A stretch of 64,000 nt of DNA from an uncultured Flavobacteriaceae bacterium. Lineage in GTDB: Bacteria > Bacteroidota > Bacteroidia > NS11-12g > UBA955. Each line of letters starts with the position of its first letter. Position 1 is the stretch's first letter. Positions 18,511 through 28,114 of this stretch are shown piece after piece. Below the pieces are notes generated by a model that searched no databases, was not told where the DNA came from, and saw only the letters and a list, made by a program, of their open reading frames with translations. The translations under genes were made by a program, and so were the position numbers. The stretch spans positions 196,852-260,851 of the forward strand of contig CAZPHB010000001.1 of assembly GCA_964586595.1 (NCBI GenBank), given 5' to 3'.

Positions 18511-20010
18511 ATGAGCGCTTTACCCATACGCAGTGCCCTGATTTCCGTTTTTTACAAAGACGGCATTGATTCCCTTTGCAAAGCACTGCATGCCCAAGGG
18601 GTGCAGATTTACAGCACCGGTGGAACTCAAGAATACATTGAAAAATTGGGCATACAGGTGATTCCGGTGGAAGACGTTACCGGTTTCCCTTCCATCCTGG
18701 GTGGCAGGGTTAAAACCCTGCACCCCGCGGTTTTCGGGGGCATCCTGGCCCGCCGCGACCTGGAAAGCGACCGCCAGGAAATGGAACAACACCAACTCCC
18801 CTATGTTGATTTGGTTGTGGTTGACCTCTACCCTTTTGAAGAAACACTGTCCCAAACCGACGACGCTTCCGCCATCATCGAAAAAATAGATATTGGCGGC
18901 ATTTCACTGATCCGTGCCGCAGCAAAAAACCATAAATACACCGGCATCATTGCTTCCAAAGACGATATTCCCGGCTTTGTAGCGCATTACCTGCAACACA
19001 AAGGAACAACCGAAGACTTCCGAAAGGTGCTTGCCGGTAAAGCCTTCAGCATCAGCAGCAAATACGACGCACTGATTGGCGCGTGGATGCAGGATTCAAA
19101 TCCCAAAACGCCGCTGCGCTACGGAGAAAACCCACATCAGGAAGCCTGGTTTGAAGGCGATTTACATGAGTTGTTCGACAAAATCCAGGGCAAGGAACTT
19201 TCCTACAACAATCTGTTGGACATTGATGCGGCCGTTCAGCTGATGCACGACTTCAGCACAGATTCAGGTATAAGCTTTGCCATTCTGAAACACAACAATG
19301 CCTGTGGCATGGCCACCCGTGCTTCAGCTGCCGAAGCCTACCTCAGCGCTTTGCAGGCCGACCCGGTTTCTGCCTTTGGCGGCATCCTGATATGCAACAG
19401 CACCATTGACCTGGCGGCTGCACAGTCTATGAACGATCTGTTTTTTGAAGTGCTCATCGCACCGGATTTTGCGCCTGAGGCACTGGCGTTGCTGGGCGGA
19501 AAGAAAAACCGCATCATCCTGCGCCAAAAAAACGGCAGCTTCCCAACGCGCATGGTTCGCAGCGCATTAAACGGAATTCTGGTCCAAAAGCGCGATGAAA
19601 CTGCGGAACAGCGCCATCAGTTTCAGTATGTTACCGAACAGAAACCCGGCGATGCGCAACAAGCAGACCTGGAATTTGCCATCCGCTTGGTGAAACATAC
19701 CAAAAGCAACGCCATTGTGCTGGTAAAAAACCGACAACTCCTGGCCAGCGGAACCGGACAAACAAGCAGGGTTGATGCCTTAGAACAAGCCATTGCCAAA
19801 GCCAGGAAATTCGGGTTTGATTTGCACGGCGCGGTGATGGCCAGCGATGCCTTCTTCCCGTTCCCCGACTGCGTGCAAATTGGCGCGGCCGCCGGAATTT
19901 CAGCCATCGCCCAGCCGGGAGGGTCCATCAAGGATTCCGACAGTATTGAAGCCGCCAATCAGGCACATATTTCGATGGTGCTGACAGGTGTGCGTCATTT
20001 CAAACATTAA
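18511..20010 (+). CDS. purH: Bifunctional AICAR formyltransferase / IMP cyclohydrolase.
   Basis: ALISVFYKDGIDSLCKAL…YSTGGT… MGS-like domain followed by an AICARFT domain; about 499 aa. Confidence 0.92.
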   Translation: MSALPIRSALISVFYKDGIDSLCKALHAQGVQIYSTGGTQEYIEKLGIQVIPVEDVTGFPSILGGRVKTLHPAVFGGILARRDLESDRQEMEQHQLPYVDLVVVDLYPFEETLSQTDDASAIIEKIDIGGISLIRAAAKNHKYTGIIASKDDIPGFVAHYLQHKGTTEDFRKVLAGKAFSISSKYDALIGAWMQDSNPKTPLRYGENPHQEAWFEGDLHELFDKIQGKELSYNNLLDIDAAVQLMHDFSTDSGISFAILKHNNACGMATRASAAEAYLSALQADPVSAFGGILICNSTIDLAAAQSMNDLFFEVLIAPDFAPEALALLGGKKNRIILRQKNGSFPTRMVRSALNGILVQKRDETAEQRHQFQYVTEQKPGDAQQADLEFAIRLVKHTKSNAIVLVKNRQLLASGTGQTSRVDALEQAIAKARKFGFDLHGAVMASDAFFPFPDCVQIGAAAGISAIAQPGGSIKDSDSIEAANQAHISMVLTGVRHFKH

Positions 20011-20124
20011 CACCCGGGAAAAATCCAGTTTCTTTCATGAAAGCACTTAGGGAATCCGTTCCAAACACATAACTTCGCAAGTTGTTCAATCAACGCACAT
20101 TTTAAGGCAAATAGGGGAATACGC

Positions 20125-21150
20125 ATGAGCATTTTCAAATTCCTGACACAGGAACTGGCCATAGACTTGGGGACCGCAAATACCCTGATTATTCACAAAG
20201 ATCGGGTGGTGGTTGACGAGCCTTCCATCATCGCAATGGAAAAATCCACCGGTAACGTCATTGCGGTGGGCAAAGAAGCCATGCAGATGTTTGGCAAGGA
20301 AAACGAAGGCATCAAGACCATTCGTCCGCTGAAAGACGGTGTCATCGCCGACTTCCAGGCCGCCGAGCACATGATTCGGGGCATGATCCGGATGATGAAC
20401 AACAACAAAAGCAGTTTTTCGCCCCAGTTGCGTATGGTTATTTGCATTCCCTCCGGAATCACAGAAGTGGAGAAGCGCGCGGTGAAAGACAGTGCCGAAC
20501 GTTCCGGTGCCAAGGAAGTTTACCTGATTCACGAACCCATGGCTGCAGCCGTTGGCATCGGCATTGATGTCACCGAACCTATGGGCAATATGATCATCGA
20601 CATTGGCGGAGGAACCACAGAAATTGCGGTAATCGCACTTGGCGGAATTGTTTGCGACGAAAGCATCCGTGTGGCCGGTGACGAATTTAATCTGGACATT
20701 GTAGAGTATATGCGCCGGGAGCACAACCTGTTGATTGGCGAACGCACGGCCGAAAAAATTAAAATCAACGTAGGCTCAGCCCTTCAGGAACTGGATATGC
20801 CCATGGAAGAATATCCGGTTTTTGGCCGCGACCTCATGACTGGCATTCCAAAGCAAATCAATGTGTCGTACGGCGAGATTGCACGTTCTTTGGACAAATC
20901 CATCACCAAAATTGAAGATGCCATTCTGCGCGCGCTGGAAAACACACCACCGGAACTTTCTGCAGACATCCTTCAAAGCGGATTGTGGCTGACCGGAGGT
21001 GGCGCCTTGCTCCGCGGACTTGACAAACGCCTTTCTCAAAAAACAAAACTGTCTGTCCGTGTGGCAGAAGACCCGCTCCGTGCCGTAGTGCGCGGAACAG
21101 GAATTGCGCTGAAGAACATTGGAAAATTCAAATTCCTAATGACCGCTTAA
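20125..21150 (+). CDS. mreB: Rod shape-determining protein MreB.
   Basis: LAIDLGTANTLI…EPSIIA… actin-fold ATPase; 341 aa. Confidence 0.92.
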   Translation: MSIFKFLTQELAIDLGTANTLIIHKDRVVVDEPSIIAMEKSTGNVIAVGKEAMQMFGKENEGIKTIRPLKDGVIADFQAAEHMIRGMIRMMNNNKSSFSPQLRMVICIPSGITEVEKRAVKDSAERSGAKEVYLIHEPMAAAVGIGIDVTEPMGNMIIDIGGGTTEIAVIALGGIVCDESIRVAGDEFNLDIVEYMRREHNLLIGERTAEKIKINVGSALQELDMPMEEYPVFGRDLMTGIPKQINVSYGEIARSLDKSITKIEDAILRALENTPPELSADILQSGLWLTGGGALLRGLDKRLSQKTKLSVRVAEDPLRAVVRGTGIALKNIGKFKFLMTA

Positions 21151-21166
21151 TTGCAAAGGCCTGACC

Positions 21167-22006
21167 ATGAATGTGATCATTCGTTTCATCCAGGCCAATG
21201 CTTTTTATTTCTTTTTTGGCCTGCTTCAACTGATTTGCCTGTTGCAGGTACTGCGTTTTAATTCCTACCAGAGAACATTTTATTTCAATACCTCCAGAGG
21301 AATTGCGGGAACCGTTGTCGCTATGCGACAGGACGTGATTGATTATTTTTATCTTAAAACCGCCAACGCGGAACTGCTGCGTGAGAATTTAGCACTGCGC
21401 AAAAAACTCAGCGAGAACTTCATGCTTCGCGACACTGCTTCGCATCTTGTGCGCCGTGACAGCGCTGCAGCGGTTCGCTACACATACATCACTGCGAAAG
21501 TGGTACAAAACAGCACCAACAGGATGAACAACTTCCTCACCCTGAATGCCGGATCGGATGCAGGAATAGCACCCGGCATGGCGGTATTGGCTCCAACAGG
21601 AATTGTGGGTGTGGTGTTCGATGTTTCTCCCGGATTCAGCCTGGTATTGAGCGTACTCAATTCCAAATTTCGTGTTTCACCCATGATCAAAGAGCTGGGA
21701 TTTAGGGAAGGATTTATTTCCTGGGATGGAAAAGACCCGAATTATGTGCAGCTCAATGGTGTGAATAAATTTGAGAAGCTGAGAAAAGGCCTGAAAATTT
21801 ACACCAGTCAGTATTCACCCAATTTCCCCGATGGTATTGAAATTGGAAGCATTGCCGACTTCAGCATACCCGGGAACAGCAGCTTTTATGAAATCAATGT
21901 AAAGCTGAGCACTACGTTCTCGCGATTGGGCAGCGTTTACATCGTTAAAGATATTTATCGGCCGCAGATTGATTCCCTGAACAACCGAATTGAAGCATTT
22001 GATTAA
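21167..22006 (+). CDS. mreC: Rod shape-determining protein MreC.
   Basis: N-terminal TM and coiled-coil (LLRENLALRKKLSE), then a beta-domain. Position is immediately after mreB. Confidence 0.8.
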   Translation: MNVIIRFIQANAFYFFFGLLQLICLLQVLRFNSYQRTFYFNTSRGIAGTVVAMRQDVIDYFYLKTANAELLRENLALRKKLSENFMLRDTASHLVRRDSAAAVRYTYITAKVVQNSTNRMNNFLTLNAGSDAGIAPGMAVLAPTGIVGVVFDVSPGFSLVLSVLNSKFRVSPMIKELGFREGFISWDGKDPNYVQLNGVNKFEKLRKGLKIYTSQYSPNFPDGIEIGSIADFSIPGNSSFYEINVKLSTTFSRLGSVYIVKDIYRPQIDSLNNRIEAFD

Positions 22007-22514
22007 GAACCTTTTCAAATACAGCCTTATTGTATTGCTGCTGCTGATGCTTCAGCTGTTGGTTTTTTCCAGGTTGAACCTTGGGTATATGTTCAAACCC
22101 TTCCCATATATCTGGTTCATCTTTTTGCTGCCATTCAGCACCAACAGATATATGTTCCTGTTGTTGGGCTTTGTCACAGGATTCATCCTGGATTTCTTTT
22201 CAAACACCTATGGCTTGCATGCTGCAGCAACGACCATGCTGGCCTTTTTACGGGTTATCAATGACCGCCGGCTGGACATTGAAACGGCACAGCGCGAAGG
22301 ATATGACAGACCGAAAATTTCCATGTTGGGCTGGGGGAATTTCCTCTTCTACATATCAGTGATGAGCTTCATGCATCACACGATGCTGTTTTTATATGAA
22401 TCCTTTAGATTCAGTTTGTTGCCCCAGATCTTATTGACCGCGTTGCTGAGCACCGGTGGCACTGTTGCGGCAATCATTTTGCTGGAAGCTGTATTTGCCA
22501 AACGTCGATCCTGA
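21990..22514 (+). CDS. mreD: Rod shape-determining protein MreD (polytopic membrane protein).
   Basis: About 170 aa, 4–5 TM helices, located between mreC and mrdA, overlapping mreC by 17 nt. Confidence 0.6.
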   Translation: MKHLIKNLFKYSLIVLLLLMLQLLVFSRLNLGYMFKPFPYIWFIFLLPFSTNRYMFLLLGFVTGFILDFFSNTYGLHAAATTMLAFLRVINDRRLDIETAQREGYDRPKISMLGWGNFLFYISVMSFMHHTMLFLYESFRFSLLPQILLTALLSTGGTVAAIILLEAVFAKRRS

Positions 22515-24385
22515 TGAATCCGCTAAGCAACCGACGATATGCATTCTATTTCATGTTTTCGCTGCTCGGGCTGGTTTTTCTTGCGCGTATTTTTTCGTTG
22601 CAGGTTTTGGATGAAGGCAACTATAAAAAGGCCGTAAACAATGCCCTGAAAAAAATCACCATTTATCCTTCCAGGGGGATCATCTATGACCGAAACGGCA
22701 ATTTATTGGTGTACAATGGACCTGTATATGATCTGATTGTATTTCCCGGGGCGTTAAAAGGCCTGGATACTGCCGGCATCTGTGCATTGCTGCGCATGGA
22801 TCGGAAGGAGTTTGACAAACGACTGGAACAGGCACGTGTCAAGGCCAAAACACAAAGGCGACGAGACAACTCTTTCAACCGTTCTGCCACCTTTTTGTCC
22901 AACCTGCCCATTGCCGATTACACCCGCATTCAGGAAAATTTATACCGTTACAAAGGGTTTTATCTGGAACAAAAAACAGACCGCCTGTATGGGAATCAGG
23001 CTGCTGCCCATTTGGTCGGCTATATCGGTGAAGTCACTGAGAAGATGCTTGCCCGCGACCCCTACTACAAAAATGGAGATCTTGCCGGAATAACGGGTAT
23101 TGAGCGCGGATATGAGAAATACCTGCGTGGAAAAAAGGGTGTGCGCACGGTATTACAAGACCGTTTTTACACCGAGAAAGGCAGTGCCGAGGGTGGAAAA
23201 TTCGACAGCAGCGCCATGGCCGGTCCGGATATTTTTTCCAGTATTGATCTTAGTTTACAACAGTTTGGCGAACAATTGCTGCACGGCAGAATTGGAAGCA
23301 TTGTAGCCATTGAACCAGCCACCGGTGAAATATTGGCATTGGTGAACAAACCAGATTACCGGCCGGATTTGCTTATTGGTCCGAACAGGAATAAACATTT
23401 TCAGGAATTGATTCGCGACCAGAGCAAACCACTTTACAACAGGGCCATCCGTGGTGTTTATCCTCCGGGATCAACGTTCAAACCTGTCATTGCTTTGATT
23501 GGACGTCAGGAAGAAGTTTTGGCACCGACCACCACACATAGCTGCGCCGGAGGTTACCGCATGGGCAGCCTCACGGTAGGTTGTCACCCGCACGGATCAC
23601 CCATCAACCTGGCGCAAAGCCTTGCCATCAGTTGTAATGCCTATTACTGTGAGGTATTCCGAGACATCATCGACAATCCGAAATACAACAGTGTGCGCGA
23701 TGGCTGGACAAAATTGGAATCTTACCTGAACAGTTTCGGATTGGGCATCAAGATGGGCATTGACATCCCCGGTGAAGTATCCGGGAACATACCAAGTCTG
23801 GCCTACCTGGACAAACGACACGGCAACAAGTGGCGCAGCAGCACCATCATTTCACTGGCCATCGGACAGGGTGAAATATTACTCACGCCGCTGCAGATGG
23901 CCAATGTAGCAGCCATCATTGCCAATCGCGGCTATTTCTACACGCCGCATGCCATCCATGGCATCGGCCCTCAAAAATTCAAACCTGAAGCATTTTTAGT
24001 TCGCCGCAGCACCATGATAGATACCGTGTACTTTGAAAGCGTTATTGAAGGAATGGCTGATGTGATGGTTCCCGGCGGCACTGCATGGAGCGCCGCCATC
24101 CCCTCCTTATCCATTTGCGGTAAAACAGGTACTTCCCAAAATCCTCATGGCGAAGACCATTCCCTATTTATCGGATTTGCGCCCAGGAACAACCCCAAAA
24201 TTGCCATTGCCGTTGTCGTTGAAAATGCGGGCTACGGCGCAACCTGGGCAGCACCTATTGCCACCCTGATGATGGAACATTACCTGAAAGCGGAGCAAGA
24301 ACCCAGTAAAGCACCGCACCTGTTGAAAAAGTTGCTCATAATGCCCGAACAAAATGCCAACATCACGCAACCAAAAAACCCTTAG
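22514..24385 (+). CDS. mrdA: Penicillin-binding protein 2 (peptidoglycan D,D-transpeptidase).
   Basis: N-terminal membrane anchor, PBP dimerisation domain, and transpeptidase motifs STFK…SCN…KTGT. Confidence 0.9.
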   Translation: MNPLSNRRYAFYFMFSLLGLVFLARIFSLQVLDEGNYKKAVNNALKKITIYPSRGIIYDRNGNLLVYNGPVYDLIVFPGALKGLDTAGICALLRMDRKEFDKRLEQARVKAKTQRRRDNSFNRSATFLSNLPIADYTRIQENLYRYKGFYLEQKTDRLYGNQAAAHLVGYIGEVTEKMLARDPYYKNGDLAGITGIERGYEKYLRGKKGVRTVLQDRFYTEKGSAEGGKFDSSAMAGPDIFSSIDLSLQQFGEQLLHGRIGSIVAIEPATGEILALVNKPDYRPDLLIGPNRNKHFQELIRDQSKPLYNRAIRGVYPPGSTFKPVIALIGRQEEVLAPTTTHSCAGGYRMGSLTVGCHPHGSPINLAQSLAISCNAYYCEVFRDIIDNPKYNSVRDGWTKLESYLNSFGLGIKMGIDIPGEVSGNIPSLAYLDKRHGNKWRSSTIISLAIGQGEILLTPLQMANVAAIIANRGYFYTPHAIHGIGPQKFKPEAFLVRRSTMIDTVYFESVIEGMADVMVPGGTAWSAAIPSLSICGKTGTSQNPHGEDHSLFIGFAPRNNPKIAIAVVVENAGYGATWAAPIATLMMEHYLKAEQEPSKAPHLLKKLLIMPEQNANITQPKNP

Positions 24386-25640
24386 TCCCAAATTGGATTT
24401 TACCAGCGTGATCTTGTTCACGCTGTTGGTATTTTTTGGATTTCTGAATATTTATTCAGCTTCATCCGGCGGCCAATCCGGTTTTTCACTGCAGGTGAAT
24501 CAGGTACATACGAAACAATTGATTTGGATGACCGGGGCATTTTTACTCATCATACTGGTTACTTTTTCCAATCCCAACTTCTTTGAATTCACAGGTTATT
24601 TGTTTTACGGCATTACGGTTTTGCTTTGCCTGGCAGTTTTACTGGTTGGTCGCGAAGTTTCGGGAGCCAAATCGTGGTTCGGGTTTGCAGGTATTGGCAT
24701 TCAACCCAGCGAATTCGCCAAATTTGGCACCTCGCTGGCGCTTGCAAAGTTTTTAGGAACCTACGGAGTTCGTTTCAAAGGCTGGAAAAACATTGGCATC
24801 AGTCTGGCTATTTTCCTGGTTCCCATGGCCATTGTATTGAAGCAGAACGACACTGGCTCTGCCCTGGTATTCCTCAGCTTTTTCCTGGTTTTATATCGTG
24901 AAGGGTTGCCGGGTTATGTGCTGTTGGCAGCCATTTGGTTGTTGATTTTGGCCGTTTTATCCATCGTGCTGCTCGCCTATCAGCTCAGCCTGATATATTG
25001 GATCTTGCTTCCACTGTCGGGCATTGCCCTGGTGTTTTTGTATTTGTTTCGGAAATCCAGATTCTGGATGGCCGTAACCGTGGTTTTGGTACTGGCTTCA
25101 TGGGGCTTCACCAAAGTGGTTTCGTTTACATATAAAAACGTGCTGTACGATTACCAGCGCGACCGCATAGAAATCATCCTCAACCTAAAAAAAGATGACA
25201 AAGGCGTAGGGTTCAACCTCATTCAAAGCAAAATTGCCATAGGTGCCGGCAGGTGGACCGGCAGAGGATTCATGGAAGGTACCCAAACCAAAATGGGTTT
25301 TGTACCGGAACAACATACCGATTTCATCTTTTGTACCATTGGTGAAGAATGGGGATTTGTTGGTGTATTGCTTTTTCTGTCGGTTTATTTCGGTTTACTG
25401 TTCCGTTTGGTGGTGCTTGCAGAACGCCAAACCACCAACTTCGCCAGAGTATTCGGCTACAGTGTAATCAGCATTCTTTTTTTTCACCTGTGTATCAATA
25501 TTGGCATGACCATCGGACTGGTGCCCATCATTGGCATCCCCTTGCCCTTTGTGAGTTTTGGCGGATCAAGTTTATGGGCATTCACCCTGCTTCTGTTTAC
25601 CTTCCTGAAGTTGGATGAACGACGTTTAAGTTACGCATGA
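24354..25640 (+). CDS. rodA: Rod shape-determining protein RodA (SEDS family peptidoglycan glycosyltransferase).
   Basis: FtsW/RodA/SpoVE polytopic membrane protein …GFVPEQHTDFIF…GEEWGF… directly after mrdA. Confidence 0.9.
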   Translation: MPTSRNQKTLSPKLDFTSVILFTLLVFFGFLNIYSASSGGQSGFSLQVNQVHTKQLIWMTGAFLLIILVTFSNPNFFEFTGYLFYGITVLLCLAVLLVGREVSGAKSWFGFAGIGIQPSEFAKFGTSLALAKFLGTYGVRFKGWKNIGISLAIFLVPMAIVLKQNDTGSALVFLSFFLVLYREGLPGYVLLAAIWLLILAVLSIVLLAYQLSLIYWILLPLSGIALVFLYLFRKSRFWMAVTVVLVLASWGFTKVVSFTYKNVLYDYQRDRIEIILNLKKDDKGVGFNLIQSKIAIGAGRWTGRGFMEGTQTKMGFVPEQHTDFIFCTIGEEWGFVGVLLFLSVYFGLLFRLVVLAERQTTNFARVFGYSVISILFFHLCINIGMTIGLVPIIGIPLPFVSFGGSSLWAFTLLLFTFLKLDERRLSYA

Positions 25641-26320
25641 ACCATGTGCGCATCAAAACTGCGGATGGGAGCAGCACCCTCCTGCATGAAGTTTTGGGAG
25701 AAACCTACCATTCTGCCAAAGGTGCTGTTGAAGAATCCGTTCACGTGTACATCAATGCCGGATTAAAACATCTTCAGGCACAAAGAAAAAACACCAGCCT
25801 GCACCTGTTGGAAGTAGGTTACGGAACAGGACTAAATGCTTTGCTTACCATGATTCACTCCATGGGCGTAGTTCATTACACAGCCATCGAACCATTTCCC
25901 TTACCCCAAGAGGAACAATATACCTCCCGCGAATTGCAGGCCATGGGTTACCAAATACCTGAGGATGTAGCCGCGCTCCAATGGACAGCTCCGTTGGCTG
26001 CAAAGCAGGAGGTATTCCAACGGATTACGGCACATTTTTTCCTGAGAAAGCTCAAATGTTCCTTAAATGAATTGCATGCCCCACAAATGTTTGACTTGGT
26101 GTATTTCGACGCCTTTGCACCTAAGTATCAACCGGAAATGTGGACGGCCCAAAGCTGGAACTACTTGAAAACCCTGATGAAACCAGGATCTGTTGCTGTA
26201 ACTTATTGCGCGCAGGGCGCCTTCAGGAGGATGCTGCAACTAGAACATTGGCAGGTTGAACGGCTGCGCGGAGCTAAAGGTCATAAACGAGAAATGATTC
26301 GCGCAACCGTGCCTGGTTAG
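25637..26320 (+). CDS. mnmD: tRNA (5-methylaminomethyl-2-thiouridine)(34) methyltransferase, the stand-alone MnmD (MnmC methyltransferase half).
   Basis: …LEVGYGTGLNALLT… SAM-binding motif and …VYFDAFAP…; about 227 aa. The start overlaps the rodA stop (ATGA). Confidence 0.72.
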   Translation: MNHVRIKTADGSSTLLHEVLGETYHSAKGAVEESVHVYINAGLKHLQAQRKNTSLHLLEVGYGTGLNALLTMIHSMGVVHYTAIEPFPLPQEEQYTSRELQAMGYQIPEDVAALQWTAPLAAKQEVFQRITAHFFLRKLKCSLNELHAPQMFDLVYFDAFAPKYQPEMWTAQSWNYLKTLMKPGSVAVTYCAQGAFRRMLQLEHWQVERLRGAKGHKREMIRATVPG

Positions 26321-26364
26321 TTTTCAGCACGTTGGCACTTTTGGCCAATGTGCATTCCCAATGC

Positions 26365-28062
26365 TTATTGCACGTAGTTCCGTGGCTCGATGTTCAGGCG
26401 CATTCCCACTGTGAACATTTGCTCTTTACCAGGCTCCATCCATGGCTGATTGTATTTGGTTTGACGCAACAGCCAGCGCATATCGATGAACAAATTGTGC
26501 CGCAGCATATAGCTTAGTGTCACCTGGGCATTGTTGATGTGCTGTGTGGCATAGCCCTGATGCATGCGCTGGTTGAAGTTTCCGGCGCGGGTGCTATAAT
26601 TCAAACGGATGTCATTCCCGTAATTCTTGCCGTTGAGGCTGTCGAGGCCACGGGTAGCCAGCATCACATCCAGCTTAACAAACAAACCGGGCAACACCTT
26701 CGGCTGGTACTGGATGGCAAAAACATATTCGGTGAAATTGCTTCCCAGCGGATGTGCCAGCGGCTGATTGTAATGCGTGTAGGATTGCAGCGGCAGGTAA
26801 TGCGTATAGGTGTAAGGACGCACCCGATTCCATTCAGCCTGTACGAACAACCAACCGAAGTTGGGCTGTGCCACGGTGTATTTCAAGCCCGTTTGCAATC
26901 CGTATTTATTGCCCCACCAGCCACTGCGCTGGCGCATAAACTCCAGGCGAAATTCATCCAACATCACCTGCCCGTACCATTGGAACCGATTGATAAAATT
27001 CCATTTCCAGTCCAAGGCAAGCATGGCATTGTCGCGGCTGCCATTGTGTATTTCCACGGCGCGATACAGAATCACGGGATTCAGGTAATCTACGTCGAAG
27101 CCGCGTTGCCGCGAACTGTCGCTGCGGTCAAAAATCACCATTTCGCTCAGCCCCAGTTCCAGGTTTCGGGTAACCTGCACCGAAGCCCTGTGGATGGCCA
27201 TGTATTTGATCGGTTGCAACCGGTCGCCCGTATTCGGTGTATAACCATTGAGGCGCGCAAAAATATTCTGGTAACGAAATGGCCCCAGACTGGTATGCAA
27301 GCGGAGGTGCAGAAATTCACGGGAATGGTCGGAAAGTATCAGGCTGCGTATGCCATTACCGATGAACATTTTATCGTGTCCGGCCTGGACACGCACCCGA
27401 TTTTTCAACGCGCGCAATGTGAGGTAGCCTCTGGCCTGGAGAAAATCGGCACCTGTTTTTTTGAATGGTGTGATGAATCCTTCCCCGGGAACAACGCCAT
27501 ACTTTCTGCGGATGGTGTCGATGAATTGGGGCAGATACACTTGGTTTTCTGTAACCAGGGAATAAAACGACAGCTTGGAAGTGATGTTGCCACGAAATTC
27601 CGCCCCGCGGGTATTCTGTTGCAGCATATTCGCTGCTCCTGGCTGCAACTGCACGTTCAGCACCGGATTCACCATAAATGCGTCGCCGGAATCCTGCCAG
27701 TAAAGAAGCTGAGCCGGTGTTTTATAAAATGGGCCAACACCTTTACGTCTTGATGCCATGGGCCCGTACCTGTCCGGATTATCCGTGCTCAGATACTGAT
27801 TCATGAAGCGAAGTGGGTCTGCTTTTCCACTTCCATAGAAATAGCGATCGGCAACATCCGCCCGGGGATAAAACCTGTTGCCGGTATTGGCATGATTGGG
27901 TAAAGTTACTTCCCTACCCGGCAAGTTCCAGATATCCAAAGCCTGAACATAACGGTCGGCAAATCCATTCGGTACGTACAATGCATCCTGGCCATGAAGC
28001 AATGAAGCAGATGCAGCCAAAAAGAACCCAAACAAGATGCAGCGCATGAGTGCAAATAACAC
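26365..28062 (-). CDS. Secreted outer-membrane beta-barrel-type protein, possibly of the capsule-assembly Wzi family.
   Basis: Signal peptide MLFALMRCILFGFFLAASASLLHGQ. The 565-aa protein is rich in aromatics and Gly with alternating hydrophobic residues. The family call is from memory and not confirmed. The + strand ORF 26539..27753 is its shadow. Confidence 0.4.
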   Translation of the reverse strand: MLFALMRCILFGFFLAASASLLHGQDALYVPNGFADRYVQALDIWNLPGREVTLPNHANTGNRFYPRADVADRYFYGSGKADPLRFMNQYLSTDNPDRYGPMASRRKGVGPFYKTPAQLLYWQDSGDAFMVNPVLNVQLQPGAANMLQQNTRGAEFRGNITSKLSFYSLVTENQVYLPQFIDTIRRKYGVVPGEGFITPFKKTGADFLQARGYLTLRALKNRVRVQAGHDKMFIGNGIRSLILSDHSREFLHLRLHTSLGPFRYQNIFARLNGYTPNTGDRLQPIKYMAIHRASVQVTRNLELGLSEMVIFDRSDSSRQRGFDVDYLNPVILYRAVEIHNGSRDNAMLALDWKWNFINRFQWYGQVMLDEFRLEFMRQRSGWWGNKYGLQTGLKYTVAQPNFGWLFVQAEWNRVRPYTYTHYLPLQSYTHYNQPLAHPLGSNFTEYVFAIQYQPKVLPGLFVKLDVMLATRGLDSLNGKNYGNDIRLNYSTRAGNFNQRMHQGYATQHINNAQVTLSYMLRHNLFIDMRWLLRQTKYNQPWMEPGKEQMFTVGMRLNIEPRNYVQ

Positions 28063-28114
28063 CTAAAAATTGAAAAAGCACTTTTATGACGGTGTGGGAA
28101 AACCGGTACTTACC

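Noticed and set aside
26539-27753. 404-aa + strand ORF opposite the 565-aa secreted outer-membrane protein gene
   Set aside because: The + strand product has no signal peptide or motifs and is rich in His, Gln and Arg. The minus-strand protein has a clear signal peptide and beta-barrel-like composition, so the minus frame is kept.
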